Positions 21,111 to 32,493 of a stretch of DNA of 64,000 bases are shown one piece after another (position 1 is the stretch's first letter; every line of letters starts with the position of its first letter). The notes under the pieces were generated by a model, which made no database searches, had not been told where the DNA came from, and saw only the letters and a list, made by a program, of their open reading frames with translations. Origin of the DNA: Hyphomicrobiaceae bacterium (GTDB lineage: Bacteria > Pseudomonadota > Alphaproteobacteria > Rhizobiales > Hyphomicrobiaceae); NCBI GenBank assembly GCA_041397805.1, contig JAWKWD010000017.1, forward strand, positions 8,234-72,233. The letters run 5' to 3'. A program made the translations under genes and the position numbers.

Positions 21111-21935
21111 ATGCGCATTCTTTTTCTTGGCGACGTCGTAGGGCGTGCCGGCCGCAAGGCAGTTGTCGAGAGACTGCCGAGATTGATCGCGCGCTACAAG
21201 CTCGATTTTGTCATCGTCAACGGGGAGAATGCCGCCGGCGGCTTCGGCATCACCGAGACGATCCTGCAGGAGTTCCTGGATGCGGGCGCGGACGCCGTGA
21301 CGCTCGGCAATCACGCCTTCGACCAACGCGAGGCGCTCGTCTTCATCGAGCGCCATGACAGGCTGATCCGTCCCGTCAACTATCCTCGCGGAACCCCAGG
21401 TCGGGGTGTCGGGCTCTTCAAGGCCAGGAACGGCGCCGAGGTCCTCGTCGCCCAGGCCATGGGGCGCGTCTTCATGCCGGAACTGGATTGTCCGTTCCGG
21501 GCACTGGAGGCCGAGGTCGCCGCGTGCCCTCTGGGCGCAGGTGCCGACGCCATCGTCGTCGACTTTCATGCCGAGGCCACCAGCGAGAAGCAGGCCATGG
21601 GCGCCTTCCTCGATGGACGGGTGTCCTGCGTCGTCGGGACGCACACTCACGCCCCCACGGCCGACGAGCGCGTTCTGAAGAATGGAACGGCGTTCATGAC
21701 TGATGCCGGCATGTGCGGCGACTACGAATCGATTGTCGGGATGGATGCTGATGAGCCTATCAATCGCTTCTTGACCCGCATCCCGCGGGGCCGCTTCGAG
21801 CCGGCCATCGGCGCTGCAACTCTTTCGGGTCTGGCGGTCGAGACGGACGATGCGACCGGCCTTGCACGGCACGCAAAAGCAGTACGGCTCGGTGGTGCGT
21901 TGGCACCGACCGAGCCGCTGTTCTGGGTCGAATGA
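21111..21935 (+). CDS. ymdB: YmdB-like metallophosphoesterase (TIGR00282 family)
   Basis: MRILFLGDVVGRAGR...FVIVNGENAAGGFGIT...GTHTHAPTAD motifs. Confidence 0.85.
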   Translation: MRILFLGDVVGRAGRKAVVERLPRLIARYKLDFVIVNGENAAGGFGITETILQEFLDAGADAVTLGNHAFDQREALVFIERHDRLIRPVNYPRGTPGRGVGLFKARNGAEVLVAQAMGRVFMPELDCPFRALEAEVAACPLGAGADAIVVDFHAEATSEKQAMGAFLDGRVSCVVGTHTHAPTADERVLKNGTAFMTDAGMCGDYESIVGMDADEPINRFLTRIPRGRFEPAIGAATLSGLAVETDDATGLARHAKAVRLGGALAPTEPLFWVE

Positions 21936-22354
21936 GAGAAAGAGGCTGGCTCCTTCATTTTGGCCCCGACAGCGTGAGCCGTCGGGCAGCAGGTTGGAGC
22001 ACCCAAACTCGCGGCGCTCGAATGGTCCCAGCCGTTGGGCGACGGCTGCAACCGGCGATGCGACTCGTGTCCACCAATGCTTCGAGCATCGCGCCACACT
22101 CGTAAACAAAGTCTTAAAGTTGCCGCGGCCTCCCGGAGCACGGTTGGCCGCCGGGTGGCTCTTCCCGCGCCTGCCGGCAGGCACGCGACATATCGCGCCG
22201 TCGCCCCGAAGACCCCGGCAATAGGGCTTCTGCGGGTTGCGCGGCGCGGGGCAGTGCGATAACTCAGAACGGCACAATCGCGCCGCTCTCGGCCGACCGC
22301 GTGGTCGCAGCGAGGTCGGCGACGCACGCACGCACGCCAAGCCTCGGATCGCGC

Positions 22355-22720
22355 ATGACCCTGCTCATCAACGACTATTTGCCGATCGCGGTCTTCATTG
22401 CCGTTGCGCTCTTCATCGGTGGTGCGCTGATGGTTGCGCCCTGGCTCGTGGCGTATCGCAATCCGGATTCCGAAAAAGTGTCGGCCTACGAATGCGGCTT
22501 CAACGCGTTCGACGACGCGCGCATGAAGTTCGACATTCGCTTCTATCTCACGGCCATCCTGTTCATCATCTTCGATATCGAAGCGGCGTTCCTCTTTCCG
22601 TGGACCGTCGCCTTCAACTCGGCGGGCGAGGCAGGGTTCTGGGCCGTGATGGTCTTCATCGCCGAGCTTCTGCTCGGCTATGTCTACGTCTGGCGCAGGG
22701 GAGCGCTCGAATGGGATTGA
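22355..22720 (+). CDS. nuoA: NADH-quinone oxidoreductase subunit A
   Basis: [41 protein letters not shown] is an invariant NuoA core. Confidence 0.95.
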   Translation: MTLLINDYLPIAVFIAVALFIGGALMVAPWLVAYRNPDSEKVSAYECGFNAFDDARMKFDIRFYLTAILFIIFDIEAAFLFPWTVAFNSAGEAGFWAVMVFIAELLLGYVYVWRRGALEWD

Positions 22721-23280
22721 TCACATCGGGTGGGCCCGTCTTCGACAAGCCCGGCGAAGGCTCGGCCACGGCTCTGGCAAAGCCCGGCGATCGCGGCATG
22801 ACCGAGATCAATAACGCGCTCGCTGACAAGGGCTTTCTCGTCACGACGACGGACGATCTCATAAACTGGGCTCGTACCGGCTCGTTGATGTGGATGACGT
22901 TCGGCCTTGCCTGCTGTGCCGTCGAGATGATGCAGGCCTCGATGCCTCGCTATGACGTGGAGCGTTTCGGCTTCGCGCCGCGGGCGAGCCCTCGCCAGTC
23001 CGACGTCATGATCGTCGCGGGCACGCTCACCAACAAGATGGCGCCGGCGCTCCGCAAGGTCTACGACCAGATGCCGGAGCCCCGCTACGTCATCTCTATG
23101 GGCTCGTGCGCCAATGGCGGTGGCTACTATCACTACAGCTATGCCGTCGTTCGGGGTTGCGATCGTATCGTTCCTGTCGACGTCTACGTTCCCGGCTGTC
23201 CGCCGACGGCCGAGGCGCTCGTCTACGGCATTCTGCTCCTCCAAAAGAAAATCCGGCGGACAGGGACCATCGAGCGGTAG
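22711..23280 (+). CDS. nuoB: NADH-quinone oxidoreductase subunit B
   Basis: [23 protein letters not shown] and [11 protein letters not shown] are the N2 cluster ligand motifs. The ATG overlaps the nuoA stop. Confidence 0.95.
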   Translation: MGLITSGGPVFDKPGEGSATALAKPGDRGMTEINNALADKGFLVTTTDDLINWARTGSLMWMTFGLACCAVEMMQASMPRYDVERFGFAPRASPRQSDVMIVAGTLTNKMAPALRKVYDQMPEPRYVISMGSCANGGGYYHYSYAVVRGCDRIVPVDVYVPGCPPTAEALVYGILLLQKKIRRTGTIER

Positions 23281-23323
23281 GGCCTTGCCTGACGCCGGTT
23301 CGACAAGCAGGGGAACGGGACAC

Positions 23324-23926
23324 GTGGAACACCTCGGCGCACAGGCAGAAGCGGCGGTCGGCAGCTCACTGGTGGCTTCCAGGATTGCCTACGGTGAAGT
23401 GACATTGACTGTCGCGCGCGAGCGGATCGTTGATGTGCTAACTAGGCTGCGCGACGATCCCGCGTTGCAGTTCGAGGTGCTGCTCGACATCACCGGCGTC
23501 GACTGGCCCGCGCGCGAGAACCGCTTCGACGTCGTCTATCACCTGCTCTCGATGCGCAAGAACCAGCGCATTCGGATAAAGCTCGAGACGGATGATGCGA
23601 CACCCGTCCCGAGCGTCGTATCGGTCTTCCCGACCGCCAACTGGCTCGAGCGGGAAACCTACGACATGTACGGCATCTTGTTTTCGGAGCATCCGGATCT
23701 GCGCCGCATCCTCACGGACTATGGCTTCGAGGGCCACCCGCTCCGGAAGGACTTCCCGCTCACGGGCTTCAAGGAGGTCCGCTACGACGACGAGGCCAAG
23801 CGCGTCGTCTACGAGCCGGTCCGCCTGACGCAGGAGTTCCGTCAGTTCGACTTCGAAAGTCCTTGGGAAGGCGTCGACTACATTCTCCCCGGCGACGAGA
23901 AGGCGAAGGAGCCGCCGAAGTCGTGA
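23324..23926 (+). CDS. nuoC: NADH-quinone oxidoreductase subunit C
   Basis: [50 protein letters not shown] start at 23324 inferred from the usual length of about 200 aa. Confidence 0.9.
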   Translation: MEHLGAQAEAAVGSSLVASRIAYGEVTLTVARERIVDVLTRLRDDPALQFEVLLDITGVDWPARENRFDVVYHLLSMRKNQRIRIKLETDDATPVPSVVSVFPTANWLERETYDMYGILFSEHPDLRRILTDYGFEGHPLRKDFPLTGFKEVRYDDEAKRVVYEPVRLTQEFRQFDFESPWEGVDYILPGDEKAKEPPKS

Positions 23927-23942
23927 TGTACGGCCTTGCGCG

Positions 23943-24368
23943 ATGAAGCCCACTCTCGTTCCCGGCCTGGCTGACACGCACAGCTACGCGGTCACCGCTG
24001 AGAACACCGTTCCGCACCTCGCCATGGACCGCTCGACCTTCGACGACATCCCGGAGGTGCTGGCCACCGCCTACATGGTTGTCATGATGGAGGGCGCCTG
24101 CACGAAGCTGCTGAGGCCCCACCTCGACGACGGCGAGGGCTCGCTCGGCATCGCCGTCAACGTCACCCACCTCGCCGCCACCATTCCCGGCCAGACGGTC
24201 ACCGTGACGGCCACCATCGAAGAGGTGGAAGGCCGCAAGATCACGTTCCATGTCGTGGCCCACGACGGCCTCGACAAGATCGGCGAGGGGATGCACCAGC
24301 GCGCTATCGTCCCTTGGCAGCGCTTCAAGGCCGGCGTCGCAGCGAAGGCGGCCAAGGCTGCCCGCTAG
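23943..24368 (+). CDS. Hotdog-fold thioesterase, fluoroacetyl-CoA thioesterase (FlK)-like family
   Basis: PEVLATAYMVVMMEGAC...GEGSLGIAVNVTHLAATIPGQTVTVTA...GRKITFHVVAHDG aligns by eye with Streptomyces cattleya FlK (PEVFATGFMVGLMEWAC...VTHTAAT), including the Thr/Glu/His positions. Confidence 0.75.
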   Translation: MKPTLVPGLADTHSYAVTAENTVPHLAMDRSTFDDIPEVLATAYMVVMMEGACTKLLRPHLDDGEGSLGIAVNVTHLAATIPGQTVTVTATIEEVEGRKITFHVVAHDGLDKIGEGMHQRAIVPWQRFKAGVAAKAAKAAR

Positions 24369-24397
24369 CAGCATGGCCTCCGTCGCGAGCCATCTGT

Positions 24398-25276
24398 TCA
24401 GCCCCTCGAAGAGAAGGAGGGCCGTTGCCGTCCACCGGACGTGCGCGATGAAACGCCGGATTGCCCGAACGTCGCGCGCGGGGCGCGAGCCGGTACGGCT
24501 GCCCGAGTGAGACGCTCTGCTGGAGGAGAGGCGCCCGGTGGCGTTCCACTGCCCCCGCCGAGAAGGCGGCGAGCCAGTCTCCAGACGAGGCGGACGGCCC
24601 ACAAGATGGCCACGCCCATCAAGGCGATGATGATCCACGCCACCGTGTTGGCGAAAATCTCGAGCCCGCCCATCGGCTCGCCATCCTTCGCTCGCTCGAA
24701 CTTTGTTCGTGTGTCGCCGGCTCTCACCTTGGCGGCCTCGGCGCTTCTCTTTGCCACCGCCTTGGCCCCGTCATAGCGCCCTGCAGCCGTCAGTGCGAAC
24801 GGATGGTCGGCGAGGCGTTGCACACGTCCGGGCTTTTCCGGATCGTACTGGATTGCAAGCGTCTGACCGAGCTGGAGATCGGCAACGGCTTCTTCCCGAA
24901 CGTCGAACGAGGTCTTGTAGGGCGTGCCGTCGACGCTCTCGAACGCGACGCTCACGACCGCAACGCGCACGATTTCGCCCATGACGTGATCTATTCGCGC
25001 GGCTTCTGCTTCCGCCGTCGCGCAGTCGACCAAGCCCGTCACCTGCGCCGGACCGCGTTTGCTCAGCCGCTTGATCTGGTACTGACAGAGCGTGTCGATC
25101 GCTGTCACACGCGCCTGCACGGCAACGAACGTGTAATGCCGCCACGCATATGGCCCCACGAAGGCTCCCGCGGCACCGAATCCGATCACCAGGATGCAAC
25201 CGAGCGCGATCCAGGCAACGCGTCGCTGCTGTTCGCGGGAGGCAATTCTCAGGCCGAGGGTGTCTTTAAGGCTCAT
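24398..25276 (-). CDS. Membrane protein, TM - beta-rich domain - TM (DUF3592-like), with Arg/Gly/Ser/Pro-rich tail
   Basis: Two clear hydrophobic helices (VAWIALGCILVIGFGAAGAF and VAWIIIALMGVAILWAVRLVW) flank a soluble domain of about 170 aa. Antisense to the nuo genes. Confidence 0.5.
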   Translation of the reverse strand: MSLKDTLGLRIASREQQRRVAWIALGCILVIGFGAAGAFVGPYAWRHYTFVAVQARVTAIDTLCQYQIKRLSKRGPAQVTGLVDCATAEAEAARIDHVMGEIVRVAVVSVAFESVDGTPYKTSFDVREEAVADLQLGQTLAIQYDPEKPGRVQRLADHPFALTAAGRYDGAKAVAKRSAEAAKVRAGDTRTKFERAKDGEPMGGLEIFANTVAWIIIALMGVAILWAVRLVWRLARRLLGGGSGTPPGASPPAERLTRAAVPARAPRATFGQSGVSSRTSGGRQRPSFSSRG

Positions 25277-25739
25277 CGAATATCATTCCTTGACGAGTCG
25301 GCTTCTCGCTCAGGGTACGCATGAAGAATTAACGAAGATTGCGCGCGGCGACCCGGCACGAGGCGGCTCGGGGAGAAAAGCGAGCTTCCCGGCTGCTACA
25401 GCTTTCCCGGACCCTGCAATTCGAAGCGCCAGGCTGACGCCGTCCGCCCGATGCGATCCGATGCGCGGGTTGTGAAAATCTCGCGTACGCGCTCGGGCCG
25501 CTTCTGGGGGGCGGGCTTCCTCCGCCTCGCCTGAGTTCAAGGAGCGATAGCGCAGTTGCTTTGGTGCCCTTGGCTTGAAGAGCTCGAGTTACTGGGCGAC
25601 CGGCGATGGAAGCTCTCCCCTCGGATTGTGCCTCCCGCGTCATCGTGGGGGACTAGCATCCGCGCCCGGACCTCTCTATTGACTACTCGACGAATTGCTT
25701 CCCCGGCACGGCACCGCCGTCCGCGACGAGAACTGATCC

Positions 25740-26930
25740 ATGGCCGAGACCGAGATCCGTCCCTTCACCATCAACTTCGGGCCCCAGCACCCGGCGGCGC
25801 ACGGCGTGCTGCGCCTCGTCCTGGAGCTCGACGGCGAGGTCGTCGAGCGGGTCGACCCGCACATCGGGCTCCTGCACCGCGGCACCGAGAAGCTGATCGA
25901 GGCGAAGACCTACCTGCAGGCGATCGGCTACTTCGACCGCCTCGACTACGTCGCTCCGATGAACCAGGAGCATGCGTTCTGCCTGGCGGCCGAGAAGCTG
26001 CTCGGGCTCGAGGTGCCGAAGCGCGGCCAGCTCATCCGCGTGCTCTATTCCGAGATCGGCCGAATTCTGTCGCATCTCCTGAATGTCACGACGCAGGCCA
26101 TGGACGTCGGCGCGCTCACGCCTCCGCTTTGGGGCTTCGAGGAGCGCGAGAAGCTGATGGTCTTCTACGAGCGTGCCTCGGGCAGCCGCATGCACGCCAA
26201 GTACTTCCGCATCGGCGGCGTGCACCAGGATCTGCCGCCCGAGCTCATTCAGGACATCCACGATTGGTGTGATCCGTTCCTGAAGGTCTGCGACGACATT
26301 GAGGGCCTTCTCAGCGGCAACCGCATCTTCAAGCAACGCAACGTCGATATCGGCGTGGTCAGCCTCGAGGACTGCATGCGGTGGGGGTTCTCCGGCGTCA
26401 TGGTGCGCGGTTCCGGAGCCGCCTGGGATCTGCGCAAGGCCCAGCCCTACGAGTGCTATGAGGAGATGGAGTTCGACATTCCGGTCGGCAAGAACGGCGA
26501 CTGCTACGACCGCTATTGCATCCGCATGTTCGAGATGCGCGAATCGGTCCGCATCATGAAGCGTTGTTGCGAGCTTCTGATGAGCACCGAGGGCCAGGGC
26601 CCTGTCTCCGCTCAGAACAAGAAGGTGGTGCCGCCGAAGCGTGGCGAGATGAAGCGCTCGATGGAAGCGCTCATCCATCACTTCAAGCTCTACACTGAAG
26701 GCTTCCACGTGCCCGAGGGCGAGGTCTACGCCTGCGTCGAGGCGCCGAAGGGCGAGTTCGGCGTCTATCTCGTCGCCGACGGCTCCAACAAGCCCTACAA
26801 GTGCAAGATCCGCGCGCCCGGCTACGCCCACCTCCAGGCCATGGATTTCATCTGCCGCGGCCACATGTTGGCCGACGTCTCCGCAATCCTCGGCTCCCTC
26901 GACATCGTGTTCGGGGAGATTGATAGGTAG
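25740..26930 (+). CDS. nuoD: NADH-quinone oxidoreductase subunit D
   Basis: [44 protein letters not shown]. 396 aa. Confidence 0.97.
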   Translation: MAETEIRPFTINFGPQHPAAHGVLRLVLELDGEVVERVDPHIGLLHRGTEKLIEAKTYLQAIGYFDRLDYVAPMNQEHAFCLAAEKLLGLEVPKRGQLIRVLYSEIGRILSHLLNVTTQAMDVGALTPPLWGFEEREKLMVFYERASGSRMHAKYFRIGGVHQDLPPELIQDIHDWCDPFLKVCDDIEGLLSGNRIFKQRNVDIGVVSLEDCMRWGFSGVMVRGSGAAWDLRKAQPYECYEEMEFDIPVGKNGDCYDRYCIRMFEMRESVRIMKRCCELLMSTEGQGPVSAQNKKVVPPKRGEMKRSMEALIHHFKLYTEGFHVPEGEVYACVEAPKGEFGVYLVADGSNKPYKCKIRAPGYAHLQAMDFICRGHMLADVSAILGSLDIVFGEIDR

Positions 26931-26933
26931 GTC

Positions 26934-27170
26934 ATGCTGATCACCAACGTCGCCTCGATCATCGGCGGCGTGTTGCTGATGGCGGCGGTCGCTGTCGCTG
27001 GTCGTTCAGGCAGGACCACAGGACGCGGCGTTCTTCTAGGGATTGCAGTCGGCCTGGTTGGGTCGTTCGTGCTCTTTGCGGTCGGTGGTGCGGCCCGCTA
27101 CCTCCTGCCGGTGGGACAGATGGAATTCTACCTCTATCAACTGCTCGTCCGGCTCGGGCTGGCTGGGTAG
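26934..27170 (+). CDS. Small membrane protein (78 aa, 2 predicted TM) embedded in the nuo cluster
   Basis: ATG 3 nt after the nuoD stop. Two hydrophobic helices. No family recognised. Confidence 0.45.
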   Translation: MLITNVASIIGGVLLMAAVAVAGRSGRTTGRGVLLGIAVGLVGSFVLFAVGGAARYLLPVGQMEFYLYQLLVRLGLAG

Positions 27171-27376
27171 CAGGCGCTGTAGGCTGGGTTAACTGGCCAC
27201 GGCGCCCGCCGGAGGCTTTCGGTGTTCGAACCGGCGTAATTCAACAACGACGTGCCGGTGAGCGCTGGATTGCGCGCGGGGTCGCAAAAACGCTCTCGAC
27301 GCGGTGCCTCGGCCGACGCTAATCCAGCCTACCGTCTTCGAGCGCAGTTCCTACAATGGAAGCAGAAAGCTGAGCG

Positions 27377-27727
27377 ATGTCCGACCTTCCCCACTGCCCG
27401 AAATGCTCCTGTGAATACACCTACGAGGATCGGGGGCTTTGTGTGTGCCCGGAGTGCGCACACGAATGGGCGCCGGGCGGCGAGGCGGCAGCCGACGACG
27501 ACGCCCCACGCATCATCAAGGACGCCAACGGGACGCCACTCGCTGACGGCGATAGCGTCACAGTCATCAAGGACCTCAGGGTCAAGGGCTCGTCCTCGGT
27601 GGTCAAGGTAGGAACCAAGGTGCGCAATATCCGCCTCGTCGACGGGGCTGGCGGGCACGACATCGACTGCCGCATCGACGGCATCGGCCAGATGGCGCTC
27701 AAGTCCGAGTTCGTTCGCAAGGCGTGA
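27377..27727 (+). CDS. phnA: Zinc-ribbon protein YjdM/PhnA
   Basis: [28 protein letters not shown] zinc ribbon plus C-terminal [29 protein letters not shown]...[19 protein letters not shown] is diagnostic of PhnA/YjdM. Confidence 0.85.
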   Translation: MSDLPHCPKCSCEYTYEDRGLCVCPECAHEWAPGGEAAADDDAPRIIKDANGTPLADGDSVTVIKDLRVKGSSSVVKVGTKVRNIRLVDGAGGHDIDCRIDGIGQMALKSEFVRKA

Positions 27728-27837
27728 GCCGGGCTGCCCTGACAATCTCAGGACTGGCGCATTTCCTCGGAAGAAACCATAAAGGGCCTCGGGTTGGGAT
27801 GCTGGCGCCCGCCGTCGGCGCCTGAAGGGAGCGTATC

Positions 27838-28341
27838 ATGCCCGCAGATCCGATGTTCTGGCTCGCAATCGCAGCCTTCGCGTGGGGATTGTCTCTGGCC
27901 ACCTACCGCTGGTTCGCCGTCTACAACGGCTGGCCCATGGGGGAATGGCAGGCGCATCGCCCCGGCTTGCCCATAGCGATCGGCCTTTTCTCGATACTTT
28001 TTGCCATGCTTTTCGCCATCGCCCGCGGCGGTCCGGCAATTGTGGTGGTCCCGCTGCTCGGCTTCGTCTTCGCCGTCGCCTGGATCATGATGATGCGCGT
28101 AGCGGCACAGGTCGCGCTCTTGCTGGCGCCCGCCTCGGTCGTCGCGCTGTTGATCATGTGGATGGCAGCCGCCTCTCACGTTCCGGTTGCCGACGCCTCC
28201 TTCTATCGCCCCGACGGCACCCTCGTCGCCGACCCGGCTACGGCTCCTGCGGCAACTGATCGCGAGGCTGACATTGCCGACCGCGATCGTGGTATTACCC
28301 GCACCGAGCCGGGGGGCGTCGTCGCGCCCCTCCCCCGCTGA
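27838..28341 (+). CDS. Hypothetical membrane protein (167 aa, about 4 TM, acidic/Ala-rich tail)
   Basis: GGGAG RBS before the ATG at 27838. Hydrophobic helices. No family recognised. Confidence 0.5.
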   Translation: MPADPMFWLAIAAFAWGLSLATYRWFAVYNGWPMGEWQAHRPGLPIAIGLFSILFAMLFAIARGGPAIVVVPLLGFVFAVAWIMMMRVAAQVALLLAPASVVALLIMWMAAASHVPVADASFYRPDGTLVADPATAPAATDREADIADRDRGITRTEPGGVVAPLPR

Positions 28342-28366
28342 CGAGATTGCGCCCGAGAAGGACACC

Positions 28367-29077
28367 ATGGCCGTCCGCCGCCTCTATCCTGAGCAGCCTG
28401 CAACGTTTGCCTTCACGCCCGAGAATATGGCCTGGGTGAAGGCCAAGATCGCCGAGTATCCTCCGGGCAAGCAGGCCTCGGCGGTCATTCCGGTGCTCTG
28501 GCGCGCTCAGGAGCAGGAAGGCTGGACGACCGAGCCGGCGATTCGCGCTGTCGCCGACCTGCTTGGCATGGCCTACATTCGCGTCTACGAGATCGCGACC
28601 TTCTACACCATGTTCCAGCTTTCGCCGGTGGGTAAGAAGGCCCATTTCCAGGTCTGCGGCACCACGCCGTGCATGCTACGCGGCTCTGAGGGGCTGATGG
28701 AGGTTTGCCGCGCCCGAATCCACCACGACCAGCACCACCTGTCGGCCGACGGCAGTTTCTCGTGGGAGGAGGTGGAATGCATCGGCGCGTGTGCCAACGC
28801 CCCTGTGGTCCAGGTCCTCAAGGACGTTTGGGAGGATCTGACACCCGAAAGCTTCGAGAAGGTGCTCGACGGCTTCGCGGCGGGTAATCCGCCGCCGCCG
28901 GGCAGCCAGACCGGCCGAAAGGCGTCCTCGCCGGTGGGCGGAGCTTCGACGCTGACCGATCCCAAGCTCTACGACGGATCGGCGATCGGCGGCTGGCAGC
29001 AGGCCTTCGCCGAGCGCGAGAAGGCAGCCGCAGAGGCGGCGGCCAAGGCCGCGGCCGAAGCCAAGGCGAAAGCCTAG
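28367..29077 (+). CDS. nuoE: NADH-quinone oxidoreductase subunit E
   Basis: YPPGKQASAVIPVLWRAQEQEGW, VCGTTPCMLRGS and ECIGACANAP 2Fe-2S ligands. Ala/Lys-rich C-terminal tail. Confidence 0.92.
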   Translation: MAVRRLYPEQPATFAFTPENMAWVKAKIAEYPPGKQASAVIPVLWRAQEQEGWTTEPAIRAVADLLGMAYIRVYEIATFYTMFQLSPVGKKAHFQVCGTTPCMLRGSEGLMEVCRARIHHDQHHLSADGSFSWEEVECIGACANAPVVQVLKDVWEDLTPESFEKVLDGFAAGNPPPPGSQTGRKASSPVGGASTLTDPKLYDGSAIGGWQQAFAEREKAAAEAAAKAAAEAKAKA

Positions 29078-29164
29078 TCCGAGGGCGGGACCCGAAGTGG
29101 GGAGGCGATCATTCGGGGGCAGGATCGAACGACGTCGAGTGATCCGGAATTCCGGCGTCGGCTC

Positions 29165-29366
29165 TTGCTCTTCGTGCTGTTCGATGCCGTGGCGGTCCTG
29201 CTGGTGCTGTTTCCCGCCCTCATCTATCTCTTCGTTATGGAGAACGGGTTGAGTGAACGGGATCTGTTGCTCTATGTCATAGGTCTCCTCGCCGTTCAGG
29301 CCGCCATCACCGGCCTTCTTCTTTGGAAATTCAGGATCCTTCGCGGACCGCAGGCGGAAAAACGAG

Positions 29367-29377
<11 letters not shown>
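29165..29377 (+). CDS. Small membrane protein (about 70 aa, 2 TM) between nuoE and nuoF
   Basis: TTG/GTG start only. Hydrophobic. Its end overlaps the nuoF start by 11 nt. Confidence 0.35.
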
Positions 29378-30653
<1,276 letters not shown>

Positions 30654-30666
30654 CAGGGCCTGGGCC

Positions 30667-31929
30667 TTAGGGCTGGGACGCTGGCCGCACGCTGGCAAGC
30701 CGTGCGAGACCACGCCGGATGGGCAGCGGCAGCGCCTCGATCATAGCCTTGAGGCGGCGGCGCAGCCTGAGATAGGCCTGCAGATAGAGCCATCCTTTGG
30801 TTGAGAGCGCCATTGCGAAGTCGTGCACGACCTCGCAGTCATCGGCGAAGTCGAGCTTGTAGGCGTGCCGGGGGGGAAGCAGATCCAGGACGCCCCTTCC
30901 TTCCTCGATCGTCCGTGCGACGGCATGCTCGAGCAGCAGGGCTCCCGCCCCACACCTCTCGAAGCGCGGCTCGAACACGGCGATGTGGAGGAAGGCTGCG
31001 TCTTTCGTTTCGATCAGCACCTTCAGGGCCGCGGGCGCACCTCCGCATGTGATGGCGAGCACAGTGACGCCAGCCGGCCGGCCACGCCCGTGCGCAGCGT
31101 CGGCGAAGAAGGCCTCGAATCGTGCGTCGGAAAGGGCCGGGGAAATCGAACCCTTGTCCGGAAGCAGGTCTCGCTTGAGGCGAATTGCGTGGGCAGCGAG
31201 GGCTGCCGCTTCCTCGCTTCCCGAAAGAGAGACAAAGGCGGTTTCGCCCAGGTCGGCGAGGCGGCGGGCTTGGCGGCGTCGGTTCTTGCGGGCCCGCGGC
31301 TGGCGCCGCGCCTCCCATCCTTCGAAGGTCTGATCGGCGCCCAAGGCCAGGAATGGCGCCTCCTCCGTTGCCGTGATCGTCGCTCCGATGCGATCGAGCA
31401 ATGGCTTCACAACGGCGTCGGACCTGACGCGCCGCAGGTTTGCCACATCCGCACCGGTTTGGGTGACGGCGAACTGCCAGGCTGCCTCGAGTGCCTCGAG
31501 ACCGGCAGCCTCGCGCGAGGCCAGCACATCTCCGTACTGCGATACGGGCTCTCCCAGCCAGGTAAGCTCGTTCAGCATCGCCCGTCTCTGGACGACGAAG
31601 GGCATGATGAGAACCAGCCTGCCGCCCTTGCGCGCAGCCACGATCGCGAGCCGCAGCCCCCCGTCTCGTGTTTCGAGATAGTGACGGCACCAGTGCCAGC
31701 ACCAGTTGAAGGCTTGAAAGGCTTGCGTCGACTTGGCAGCCTCGGCGTAAAGGGCGTTCCAGCCGTCCTCGAGCGCCTCAAACCCCGCCAGAGTCGTAAC
31801 GAGTTCGAAATCCAGCGTCCCGCGCCCTGAGTCCGCGTACCGGATCCCGCTGTCACGTTCGCTTCCTGCCGTGTCAGGAAGCGCTGCGATATCACCAAAC
31901 GCGCGATCGCGAAGGAGGGGCTGGTTCAT
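30667..31929 (-). CDS. GNAT-fold acetyltransferase, CelD/BioF2-like (Acetyltransf_6) family
   Basis: FEALEDGWNALY...FQAFNWCWHW and the C-terminal GAGALLLEHAVARTIEEG..VLDLLPPRHAYKLDFA resemble CelD-like GNAT proteins. Start at the ATG at 31929. Confidence 0.65.
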   Translation of the reverse strand: MNQPLLRDRAFGDIAALPDTAGSERDSGIRYADSGRGTLDFELVTTLAGFEALEDGWNALYAEAAKSTQAFQAFNWCWHWCRHYLETRDGGLRLAIVAARKGGRLVLIMPFVVQRRAMLNELTWLGEPVSQYGDVLASREAAGLEALEAAWQFAVTQTGADVANLRRVRSDAVVKPLLDRIGATITATEEAPFLALGADQTFEGWEARRQPRARKNRRRQARRLADLGETAFVSLSGSEEAAALAAHAIRLKRDLLPDKGSISPALSDARFEAFFADAAHGRGRPAGVTVLAITCGGAPAALKVLIETKDAAFLHIAVFEPRFERCGAGALLLEHAVARTIEEGRGVLDLLPPRHAYKLDFADDCEVVHDFAMALSTKGWLYLQAYLRLRRRLKAMIEALPLPIRRGLARLASVRPASQP

Positions 31930-32107
31930 TCTGGGACGCGTCCGCTGCGGCTGCCGATAAGTGCAAGCCGAGCTGCAAACGCCGTGCCTCCACAGGCCCC
32001 ACGAGTACGGTCCCTCTATGGGTTCACGGAAGCGGCCTCCCGAGGGTGTTCGGCCCGGCGCGGTCACGTGCGCGGGTGATGCAACTGTGACGGCTGTGAA
32101 AAGCCGT

Positions 32108-32473
32108 TCAAGCCCACGCAAGTTCGACCAGCGCGAGCACCGAGAGCGCCCCTGCAGCGAGCACGACGAATGCGCGCCCACGTCGCGTCGCCCCGGCCCG
32201 TCCCATGATCAGCAGCGCGACAAGCGTCATCGCTATTGCGAGATTGATCGCGACGTGGCCGGCAAGTCCCAACCCGTTCTTAGCTGCCAGGCGTCCCTCG
32301 AGGAATGTTGCGGCGGCGAGGCCTGCGAGCAAAGCCCCGACGAGCCGTGGCCAGAACGTCTCGACGACCGACGGCAGGCCGAGCAGTCGGGAGAGAGTGC
32401 GCGGAAAGCAGAGCACGATTATTCCGCTCAAGCCCTTGAGACCCATCTCGATCAGCAGGAGATCGTTGAGCAT
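32108..32473 (-). CDS. Hypothetical membrane protein (121 aa, about 4 TM)
   Basis: Uniformly hydrophobic ORF immediately downstream of the GMC oxidoreductase gene. Confidence 0.4.
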   Translation of the reverse strand: MLNDLLLIEMGLKGLSGIIVLCFPRTLSRLLGLPSVVETFWPRLVGALLAGLAAATFLEGRLAAKNGLGLAGHVAINLAIAMTLVALLIMGRAGATRRGRAFVVLAAGALSVLALVELAWA

Positions 32474-32493
32474 AGCTGGCCCCGTCCCACAGG

